Of a DNA stretch of 24,128 nt, positions 17,467 through 24,128 are shown piece by piece. The DNA is from a virus (lineage: Duplodnaviria; Heunggongvirae; Uroviricota; Caudoviricetes). A program made the translations under genes and the position numbers. Under the pieces are notes generated by a model. It made no database searches and was not told where the DNA came from. It saw only the letters and a list, made by a program, of their open reading frames with translations. The DNA lies in IMG/VR virus record IMGVR_UViG_2529293139_000010, one strand, 5' to 3'. Within the stretch, counting starts at the first letter, position 1. Each line of letters starts with the position of its first letter.

Positions 17467-17481
17467 CAAGACTTCGCTCAA
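17467..17481 (+). repeat. 15-bp direct repeat copy 2 (CAAGACTTCGCTCAA)
   Basis: Exact match to 17203-17217. Confidence 0.6.
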
Positions 17482-17696
17482 GACGAATTATGCGTCGACA
17501 TAAGGTTACCCGCAATGATTTTATTAGACTAAATGGATGGCCTTTTATGACCCGGATCAAACGGCTGTCCTTACCGACATGCTAGTCACTCAATAGCATT
17601 TAGCCTTCTAATTCAGCATGCTATTGACCTTCTGCTGCCCCATAACTGCTCCGCATAAGCCATTCAATGCCATATCAAATCACGTTGTGTTTTTAC

Positions 17697-19976
17697 TCAA
17701 ATGGGTAACGAGAACCCCGGCCACTCATCAGCAACCGGATACGTGAATTTTTTCCCATCATAATTTACGGTTGCCCCACGCGCCAGCGCCTCAAGCTCCC
17801 ATCGCTGCGGCCTGATACCGTTCTGAGCAAGGTCAACGCGGATACGGGTAATTTGCATTCGTTCCGACCGGGTCAGTCTGGCCGATGGCGCTATTTCATG
17901 CGGTTTTAACGGGCTTCCGCTTCTTTGCTGACGGTTTGGTGTTCTCAGGTCGTGTTTTAATGCGCCCCTGAGCGCCCTCACGACCTCCTGGTCATTCCAT
18001 TCGATAACACCGTCATCAACCAGATTAAGCACTGCGGCGGCGTGCTCAGAAGGTGTGGGAGCCGGTAACGAAGCATCACTACCGGTGAGCTTTCCACAGT
18101 TATTGACAGGACTCCGAGGCGCGGCGATGCCGCTTTTTAAAGTCAAAGGCTCAACGACCGGCACTTTCGGCACAATGCGCCAGTCCGTCGTTCTGGTGAT
18201 ATGAATATGACGCGCGCCGAGATGCGGCGCGTAAATGCCGACCACTCTCTCGACTTCTTCCTCGTATTCGTTAACGTCATCCGACGGGCTACGGGCGACC
18301 CTGACAGTCTGACAATCGCGCGGGACATTTGCCCCGCCCTGCGCGCTGATATACAGCGCAAAATCGCCACTGTCTGCGGCGGCGCGTGCAGCCTCCACGC
18401 GTTCGTCAAATTCATCAGCAATGCTGACGCCGCGAGGCAATTTACGTAGCTCACGGTAAGCTCCCATTGTCGGCAGGCCAACCGTTTTAAATTGCGGGAT
18501 GCGCCACGTTGACGCCCATGCGGTAACAGCCGCCGCAGTATCTTTCAGCGGTCTGCCGGTATCGTTATCGAGCTGACCATCCAGTGCATAGCCGTCGATA
18601 TTTTTTGAAATGTATTTCGCGATATATCCCGCAGCACCGCCCCGGTTAAGGTGTTTTGCCTGAAAACGGTTTCGCGCGGCTCCTCTTTCGTCGCCATCCT
18701 CTTTGAGCGCATAGCGATGCATGATTTCGATAATCTGGTTACGCTGGCGTGGATTACAAAAAAGCATCATATGCCAGTGCGGCGTTCCGTCGTGGTGTGG
18801 CTCGACGACTCGCAAACCGTAGACCTGTAAATCATTATCCTTGAATGCCGTGCGCATCAGGCTCCAGATACGGCAGAGATAACGCTGCGCATCCTTTGGA
18901 TTAAATGCCTCATCATTCCAGCCGTGATTAAGCTGGACGGTTTTATTTTCGCCTTTTCCAACCTGACGTGTCGGGTGATACTTTGACGGCGCGGTAAGCG
19001 TGATAAACATCCCCACATCACCCTCTGAGGCGGCGTAACGCTCAATACCGGCAATGGTGTTCATCAGCTCCATCCGGCGAATTTCAGGATTAGAAATACT
19101 GCCCATCACCTTACTGATAAGGTCGATGCGCTCGCCGGTTTCCCTGTTTTCAAGGTCACACGATTTAAGAAATTCCAGATTTGCCTGGCGGCGCGCACGC
19201 ACATCCCGAATGGCATGTTTACTGGCATAAGGAGAACGGTCTTTATTGACCTCCCCGACAGCTATCAGTAACGCCTCATGCCAGCGCATACGCTGGCCTT
19301 TAAGCTGATGAGTCCACCACTCATCGTTAAACAGACGGGCAATGGCAGAATATGCCTGCCTCGTGGTCATCTGTCCTTTACGGTATTTTTTCCAGTAGAG
19401 AGGGGAAATATTGAAAGCACGTGCAGCGCCAGCAACATGACCATAGAGGTGAGCCTGCGCCTCATCCGTAAACAGCGATTCTTTCTCGCCATGCGCATCC
19501 ACCCAGGCATCGCAGAGTTCCTCATACATCATGAAAAGCTGCGATGAGATACGGGCAGCAAACTTTTTCAGCTCCTTGTCATTCATTCCCGGCAGGCGCG
19601 CATACTGGTCGCGCTCTGCCAGAAACAGCAACGACGCATCGGTGTTCATTTCATGGCGCTGATTCACGCGCTCAATGCGCGGCCATAAACGACGCTGAAA
19701 AGTGGATGTGAGGAAATAAAACCCGTGCACCGGGCTTTTATTGCGCCTGATGTAGTCATAGCGTGAAGTAAACAGCGAGCGCAAAAAGTAAGGCAGGCGG
19801 TTAATCGTGGATAAAACACCTTGCACCTGACGCATCTCGTCACGTGTAAGGGGTCTTTCGCGCCCGACGGCCTCGCGTGGCGCGTTCCATGCATAAGCAC
19901 CGGTAAACGTCTCACCGGTGCCTGCGGCAAATGCTGACGGAGGGACAAAACGCCCGGAGGCTTTAACGGCCATATG
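17697..19976 (-). CDS. A: Replication initiation endonuclease (P2 gpA-like, HUH rolling-circle initiator)
   Basis: Track ORF 17697..20015 (-), 772 aa; contains the H-x-H motif HWHMMLF and Tyr-rich region typical of rolling-circle initiators. Start placed at the internal Met MAVKASGRFVPPSAF... (about 759 aa); the upstream start at 20015 is the alternative. Confidence 0.85.
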   Translation of the reverse strand, partial: HMAVKASGRFVPPSAFAAGTGETFTGAYAWNAPREAVGRERPLTRDEMRQVQGVLSTINRLPYFLRSLFTSRYDYIRRNKSPVHGFYFLTSTFQRRLWPRIERVNQRHEMNTDASLLFLAERDQYARLPGMNDKELKKFAARISSQLFMMYEELCDAWVDAHGEKESLFTDEAQAHLYGHVAGAARAFNISPLYWKKYRKGQMTTRQAYSAIARLFNDEWWTHQLKGQRMRWHEALLIAVGEVNKDRSPYASKHAIRDVRARRQANLEFLKSCDLENRETGERIDLISKVMGSISNPEIRRMELMNTIAGIERYAASEGDVGMFITLTAPSKYHPTRQVGKGENKTVQLNHGWNDEAFNPKDAQRYLCRIWSLMRTAFKDNDLQVYGLRVVEPHHDGTPHWHMMLFCNPRQRNQIIEIMHRYALKEDGDERGAARNRFQAKHLNRGGAAGYIAKYISKNIDGYALDGQLDNDTGRPLKDTAAAVTAWASTWRIPQFKTVGLPTMGAYRELRKLPRGVSIADEFDERVEAARAAADSGDFALYISAQGGANVPRDCQTVRVARSPSDDVNEYEEEVERVVGIYAPHLGARHIHITRTTDWRIVPKVPVVEPLTLKSGIAAPRSPVNNCGKLTGSDASLPAPTPSEHAAAVLNLVDDGVIEWNDQEVVRALRGALKHDLRTPNRQQRSGSPLKPHEIAPSARLTRSERMQITRIRVDLAQNGIRPQRWELEALARGATVNYDGKKFTYPVADEWPGFSLPI

Positions 19977-20238
19977 AGCCAAAAGCCTCTGAACAACGCT
20001 TGCTGAGTTGCTCAACCTGCGCGTTTAAATCAGCAAAAGACTTTGCGCTTCCGGTCAGAATATCGTGATGCATCAGACCGGAAACAAGCTGGCTTAATTT
20101 CGGGTAATAACCAACCACCGCCAGCCATTCCTGACCGGCGTTTTTACCGCTTTCAGCTCTCTTTTTCTCGTGGAGAATAAACTGAAAGCTGTCACTGGTA
20201 ACGACATAACGTTCGCCAATTTCAATACGAATACTCAT
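19963..20238 (-). CDS. Hypothetical early-operon protein (between B and A)
   Basis: ORF track 19963..20238 (-), 91 aa; 4-nt overlap with the upstream zinc-finger ORF; position matches the small orf80-83 cluster of P2. Confidence 0.6.
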   Translation of the reverse strand: MSIRIEIGERYVVTSDSFQFILHEKKRAESGKNAGQEWLAVVGYYPKLSQLVSGLMHHDILTGSAKSFADLNAQVEQLSKRCSEAFGSYGR

Positions 20239-20459
20239 GCCGTTCTCCGGTAATGTTTGTTTTTTGCTTCAAAGACTGACTGGCAGGAAACACAACGCGT
20301 GGCTGACGGATAAGCCGCACGACGGGCAGCAGGTATTGGCGCGTCACACTCTTCGCAAACCAGCGCAGAAACACCGCAATGCTTTACCCTTGCCGCGTTA
20401 ATCTGGCGCTCCAGTAATTCAGCCTGTTGTTCCTGAATAAAATCTACGTTGTCCGGCAT
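20235..20459 (-). CDS. DksA/TraR-family C4 zinc-finger protein
   Basis: ORF track 20235..20459 (-), 74 aa with two C-x-x-C pairs (CEEC ... CVSC) spaced as in TraR/DksA zinc fingers. Confidence 0.7.
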   Translation of the reverse strand: MPDNVDFIQEQQAELLERQINAARVKHCGVSALVCEECDAPIPAARRAAYPSATRCVSCQSVFEAKNKHYRRTA

Positions 20460-20764
20460 TACCAGCTCCTTTTGTCGTTAAGTTTTTTAAATTCATCAGC
20501 GCAATAGCTGGCGATTTCTGTCGTTAATTTTGTCAGTTCATCCACGGATGAAATTTGCTTATGAAATACAGCGCGTTTAACAAGTAAATTGACCACATCA
20601 GACAGGAGGTTTAATTCATTCTGATAAATCGCGATAACAGATTCAGTTATGTCGCGTTTTTCTTTATCAAGACAAAGTTGAATAAGAGACAAATCGCCAT
20701 TTTTCATAACGGCGATTTTTAAGGCGTTATTCAGTAATACAACTGAATGAGAACAGGACATCAA
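20459..20764 (-). CDS. Hypothetical early-operon protein
   Basis: ORF track 20459..20764 (-), 101 aa; coupled by 1-4-nt overlaps to its neighbours; somewhat AT-richer than the backbone. Confidence 0.55.
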   Translation of the reverse strand: MMSCSHSVVLLNNALKIAVMKNGDLSLIQLCLDKEKRDITESVIAIYQNELNLLSDVVNLLVKRAVFHKQISSVDELTKLTTEIASYCADEFKKLNDKRSW

Positions 20765-20985
20765 AGCACCTCCCCGCGAGACAATCCGATATTGTGAAAT
20801 TTTTCCGACTCCTGACTGAGCAGCTCGACTATCTCCACGCGGGATAACTCCGCCTTTGTGATATGGCGAATCATGGCGTCAAGATGAGAAGAAAAGCGCG
20901 TCGCAGCGTCGGCCTGTGCTTCGGTTCTGGCCTGTTGCAGCAGTAATGCGTATTTACCGCACTGATTTTCAGAAACTGTATGCAT
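20761..20985 (-). CDS. Hypothetical early-operon protein
   Basis: ORF track 20761..20985 (-), 74 aa; 4-nt overlap with the downstream ORF. Confidence 0.55.
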   Translation of the reverse strand: MHTVSENQCGKYALLLQQARTEAQADAATRFSSHLDAMIRHITKAELSRVEIVELLSQESEKFHNIGLSRGEVL

Positions 20986-21048
20986 GACTTTCTCCAGGCA
21001 AAAAGAAGCCCCGCACGATTAAGTGCGTTAAAAACTCTGGTTAATTAC

Positions 21049-21549
21049 TTAATGCAGATATTGCTCTGGTTTTACCGACGTCAGAATTGTCGGTGCATAC
21101 TCAAACAGGCTGAATAATTCACGTAATGCACGGAATAAAGCATCACGCCAGTAACATGACTCTTCATTAATTCGCCAGTATGGCTGGTTGAATTCTTTTT
21201 CAGTCAATCCGGCATGCATAAATAAAGTACGACGCTGACTGACTGTTAAAAAACTAATATATGCATACTCACTTGCGCCAACCTGACGGCGTTTTGAGAA
21301 TGCCCCACGCAATTCATCAATTGCACAAACCAGCCGTTCACGTTCGACGTCGTTCATTTCTTCAAAACGCATCGTTGCGTGACGCTGTTTTAACTGCGCA
21401 TGAAAGCAAACCGTTAACCGTTCGCGCTCCATCATCTGATTATAATAATCACATGTATCCTGCCAGCGAGGGACGGCCAGATGCTTACCAATTATCCGGC
21501 GCATAGCTGCTGGCTGTTTTTCAACGAGATTAAGCGTCATCACTGTCAT
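21049..21549 (-). CDS. B: Replication protein B (P2 gpB-like, helicase loader)
   Basis: ORF track 21049..21549 (-), 166 aa (length I recall for P2 B); position between cox/orf78 and A. Confidence 0.85.
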   Translation of the reverse strand: MTVMTLNLVEKQPAAMRRIIGKHLAVPRWQDTCDYYNQMMERERLTVCFHAQLKQRHATMRFEEMNDVERERLVCAIDELRGAFSKRRQVGASEYAYISFLTVSQRRTLFMHAGLTEKEFNQPYWRINEESCYWRDALFRALRELFSLFEYAPTILTSVKPEQYLH

Positions 21550-21740
21550 TTCCAGACCCTCCGGCTTTTCAGAAAGGTCAGAGCCTTCTTTAACGGACTC
21601 TGTTTTTTGGTGCGGATAATGATTCCCTTACGCCCCTTACCGTGGGTGATGGTGAAGTCAATCGCCCTGGGGCTTTCGTTACGCAATAACTGAGCAATAC
21701 AACGCGGCTCATTCATACGGTTCTCCTTAACGTGGTTCAC
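21546..21740 (-). CDS. Small hypothetical protein (P2 orf78 position)
   Basis: ORF track 21546..21740 (-), 64 aa, basic; overlaps the cox stop and the B start by a few nt; the true start may be the internal Met (MNEPRCIAQ...). Confidence 0.5.
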   Translation of the reverse strand: MNHVKENRMNEPRCIAQLLRNESPRAIDFTITHGKGRKGIIIRTKKQSPLKKALTFLKSRRVWK

Positions 21741-22002
21741 CGAGACCTAACCACATTAACCAGCCGTCACGAATTTCTTTAGGGCGGCTTTCATAAGCCA
21801 GTTTTAGTCCGTTATTCCATGCCGGAAGGTATACCCAATATTCACCAGCACGACCTGAAGCTGATTGTGGATCGGTCATATCAATTACAGGCAACTTTCC
21901 TTTATCGATCATCCGACGAACCGCTCCTGTCGATTTTCCTATTAGTTTTGCGAACTCCTGATAAGGAATCGCATCAGTCATGAGTGTTACTTGCTTGCTC
22001 AT
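21727..22002 (-). CDS. cox: Cox (excisionase / Pc repressor, P2 Cox-like)
   Basis: ORF track 21727..22002 (-), 91 aa (length I recall for P2 Cox); first gene of the early operon, divergent from C. Confidence 0.85.
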   Translation of the reverse strand: MSKQVTLMTDAIPYQEFAKLIGKSTGAVRRMIDKGKLPVIDMTDPQSASGRAGEYWVYLPAWNNGLKLAYESRPKEIRDGWLMWLGLGEPR

Positions 22003-22116
22003 GTCGTCCTCTAGCCCTCATGAATTGCGTTTAATGCCTTATAATGCCTTTTAGTGCCCACATCCAAGCACTAAACAATCTACATCTAAACTAAATACTA
22101 TTGAGATCTAAACACC
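22003..22116. promoter_or_regulatory. Immunity switch region (Pe/Pc promoters with repressor and Cox binding repeats)
   Basis: Intergenic between divergent cox and C. Direct repeats ATCTAAAC at 22084-22091 and 22106-22113 (22 bp apart, two helical turns); direct repeats TAATGCCTT at 22032-22040 and 22042-22050; TATAAT at 22040-22045. P2 has face-to-face Pe/Pc with C operator half-sites as direct repeats flanking the Pe -10. Confidence 0.6.
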
Positions 22117-22416
22117 ATGTCAAACACGATAAGCGAGAAGATAGTCTTAATGCGAAAATCAGAGTATTTGAGCAGACAACAACTTGCTGATTTAACAGGG
22201 GTTCCGTATGGCACGCTGAGTTACTATGAAAGTGGTCGTTCAACACCTCCAACAGATGTCATGATGAACATCCTGCAGACCCCACAATTCACCAAATACA
22301 CTTTATGGTTCATGACCAATCAGATCGCTCCTGAGTCCGGGCAAATTGCGCCCGCTCTCGCACACTTTGGGCAAAACGAAACAACGTCGCCCCACTCCGG
22401 TCAAAAGACTGGTTAA
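22117..22416 (+). CDS. C: Immunity repressor C (P2 C-like)
   Basis: ORF track 22117..22416 (+), 99 aa (length I recall for P2 C); helix-turn-helix-like segment SRQQLADLTGVPYGTLSYYESG; precedes int. Confidence 0.85.
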   Translation: MSNTISEKIVLMRKSEYLSRQQLADLTGVPYGTLSYYESGRSTPPTDVMMNILQTPQFTKYTLWFMTNQIAPESGQIAPALAHFGQNETTSPHSGQKTG

Positions 22417-22531
22417 CAATTCATCGTGAATATATTCATCACAAGTGCCTACTATTGGTGGCTAAATTTCAGCCACCACGAAAAAAGCGATTAGTAGTCG
22501 CAAAAAAACACACCACTCGGAGGGTTTTCTG

Positions 22532-23545
22532 ATGGCAATCAAAAAACTCGATGATGGTCGATATGAAGTGGACATCCGCCCTACTGGACGTAATGGAAAA
22601 CGCATCCGTAGGAAGTTTGATAAGAAAAGCGAAGCTGTCGCTTTCGAGAAATACACGTTGTACAACCACCACAATAAAGAATGGCTATCAAAACCAACAG
22701 ACAAGCGACGTCTGTCGGAGCTGACACAGATCTGGTGGGATTTAAAGGGTAAACACGAAGAGCATGGGAGATCTAATCTTGGAAAAATTGAAATCTTCAC
22801 AAAAATAACGAATGACCCATGCGCATTTCAAATTACGAAATCGCTTATCAGCCAGTACTGCGCCACCCGAAGAAGTCAGGGTATTAAACCTTCGAGTATC
22901 AATCGTGATTTAACATGTATTAGCGGCATGTTTACAGCCCTGATTGAAGCGGAGTTATTCTTTGGTGAGCACCCTATCAGAGGGACAAAAAGGCTTAAGG
23001 AGGAAAAACCAGACACAGGTTATCTCACGCAGGAAGAAATTGCCTTACTGCTTGCTGCTCTTGATGGCGACAACAAAAAGATTGCGATTCTTTGCCTGAG
23101 TACTGGAGCACGTTGGGGAGAAGCAGCTCGTTTGAAAGCAGAAAATATCATCCATAACCGCGTCACGTTTGTTAAAACGAAAACAAACAAACCACGCACC
23201 GTCCCGATCTCAGAGGCTGTTGCCAAAATGATCGCGGATAACAAACGAGGTTTTTTATTCCCTGATGCTGATTATCCTCGCTTCAGACGAACAATGAAAG
23301 CAATAAAACCGGATTTGCCAATGGGGCAAGCCACACATGCACTAAGGCACAGCTTTGCCACTCATTTCATGATTAATGGAGGAAGTATTATCACGCTACA
23401 ACGGATACTAGGTCACACACGGATTGAGCAAACTATGGTTTACGCTCATTTTGCGCCAGAGTACCTTCAGGACGCCATTTCTCTTAATCCGCTAAGAGGT
23501 GGTACTGAGGCTGAGAGTGTCCACACAGTGTCCACAGTAGAGTAA
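22532..23545 (+). CDS. int: Tyrosine integrase (P2 Int-like)
   Basis: ORF track 22532..23545 (+), 337 aa; C-terminal catalytic motifs of tyrosine recombinases (HALRHSFATH ... LGHTRIEQTMVYAH); GGAGGG RBS 8 nt upstream; att core 80 bp downstream. Confidence 0.9.
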   Translation: MAIKKLDDGRYEVDIRPTGRNGKRIRRKFDKKSEAVAFEKYTLYNHHNKEWLSKPTDKRRLSELTQIWWDLKGKHEEHGRSNLGKIEIFTKITNDPCAFQITKSLISQYCATRRSQGIKPSSINRDLTCISGMFTALIEAELFFGEHPIRGTKRLKEEKPDTGYLTQEEIALLLAALDGDNKKIAILCLSTGARWGEAARLKAENIIHNRVTFVKTKTNKPRTVPISEAVAKMIADNKRGFLFPDADYPRFRRTMKAIKPDLPMGQATHALRHSFATHFMINGGSIITLQRILGHTRIEQTMVYAHFAPEYLQDAISLNPLRGGTEAESVHTVSTVE

Positions 23546-23624
23546 CGTTTAAGGGCTTTCAGTGGTAATTTATGCCGCTCAAACCCGCATTGTACCGTTG
23601 AAAGCCCCTACTGGTGACACCCTA

Positions 23625-23651
23625 AATCTCCCTTACACGGGCTTATTTTTT
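23625..23651. other. Prophage attachment core (27-bp P2 att core, reverse complement of AAAAAATAAGCCCGTGTAAGGGAGATT)
   Basis: Plus strand reads AATCTCCCTTACACGGGCTTATTTTTT at 23625-23651, matching the P2 att core as I recall it. Arm-type TGTCCACA / CCACA repeats lie at 23521-23537 inside the int 3' end. Confidence 0.65.
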
Positions 23652-23810
23652 TATGCATAAGCCCTATCTCTGGTAACCGTCTTCCATTGACCACATCGAT
23701 AGAATCCTCCTTCATAGCACGATGCCTTTCACTTATCGGCATCGTGCTCCCACAGGTTCCGGCTACGCACAGCCAGAACGCGCATATTTGACGCTTACCA
23801 AAAAATATTC

Positions 23811-24128
23811 TCACTCTCCACATTTGAATGTCAGACGAGCGACACCATGTAATCCTACACCTTCTGTCTTCAGCTCAACTATTTGCATTTTTTTGCCCTG
23901 AGTAACACAGAAATGAGTTGCATCATTTTTTACTATATTTTCTGCACCAGATATTCTACCCCTGGCTAAAGAAGCTTCGGCTTCGGTGTAGTATTGGTTA
24001 TCGAGTTTACGCTGAATATTACTTTTATATGCAAGACCAAATTTACCGATACTTGTCTCATCATTATGCACAGCACAACCAGACATAATAAAAATACTAA
24101 TTAATGATATAGCAGCTATCTTTTTCAT
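23811..24128 (-). CDS. Putative lipoprotein, probably host flank beyond the prophage end
   Basis: ORF track 23811..24128 (-), 105 aa; signal peptide with lipobox (MKKIAAISLISIFIMSGC); lies outside the att core; AT-rich. Confidence 0.6.
   Translation of the reverse strand: MKKIAAISLISIFIMSGCAVHNDETSIGKFGLAYKSNIQRKLDNQYYTEAEASLARGRISGAENIVKNDATHFCVTQGKKMQIVELKTEGVGLHGVARLTFKCGE

Noticed and set aside
22425-22531. Small hairpins between C and int (GGTGGCT-N7-AGCCACC near 22459-22479) as a terminator
   Set aside because: Followed by an A-run rather than a U-run on the coding strand, and C and int are expected to be co-transcribed; not called.
23652-23810. Possible tRNA gene at the integration site
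   Set aside because: No cloverleaf-compatible sequence or conserved tRNA elements (GTTC, T-loop) next to the core. P2-type cores are not necessarily within tRNA genes.
23608-23823. 71-aa minus-strand ORF spanning the att core
   Set aside because: Crosses the phage-host junction and the att core; no RBS; most likely a chance ORF.
1-24128. CRISPR arrays, insertion sequences or transposase genes
   Set aside because: No regularly spaced repeat arrays and no transposase-like ORFs were seen; the only mobile element supported is the prophage itself.

Overview
This window is almost entirely a P2-like (Peduovirus-type) temperate prophage of an enterobacterium, in prophage order from the tail fiber to the integrase and attachment core. 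On the minus strand it carries tail and baseplate genes H-I-J-W-V, tail completion S-R, the lysis cassette (lysC/lysB/lysA, K, Y), X, L, and head genes M-N-O; P and Q are on the plus strand. An exact P2-type 19-nt cos sequence sits at 16784-16802, followed by replication genes A and B with small early ORFs, the cox/C immunity switch, integrase, and the 27-bp P2 att core at 23625-23651. A lipoprotein gene beyond the core is probably host flank. Three strongly AT-rich accessory islands interrupt the GC-rich backbone. The first (3823-5040, between V and S) encodes a RelA/SpoT-domain protein with a fused C-terminal extension (CapRel/toxSAS-like) whose reading frame is broken at an A7 tract. The second (14363-16623, between portal Q and cos) is a tightly linked two-gene operon of unrecognised proteins, the first with an Mrr-like nuclease motif; this is my best candidate for an undescribed anti-phage defence system. 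The third (about 17087-17481, between cos and A) holds a 37-codon hydrophobic small ORF with a strong RBS, an intrinsic terminator, a 50-bp palindrome and 15-bp direct repeats. All calls rest on reading the sequence and recalling protein families; no database search was run.
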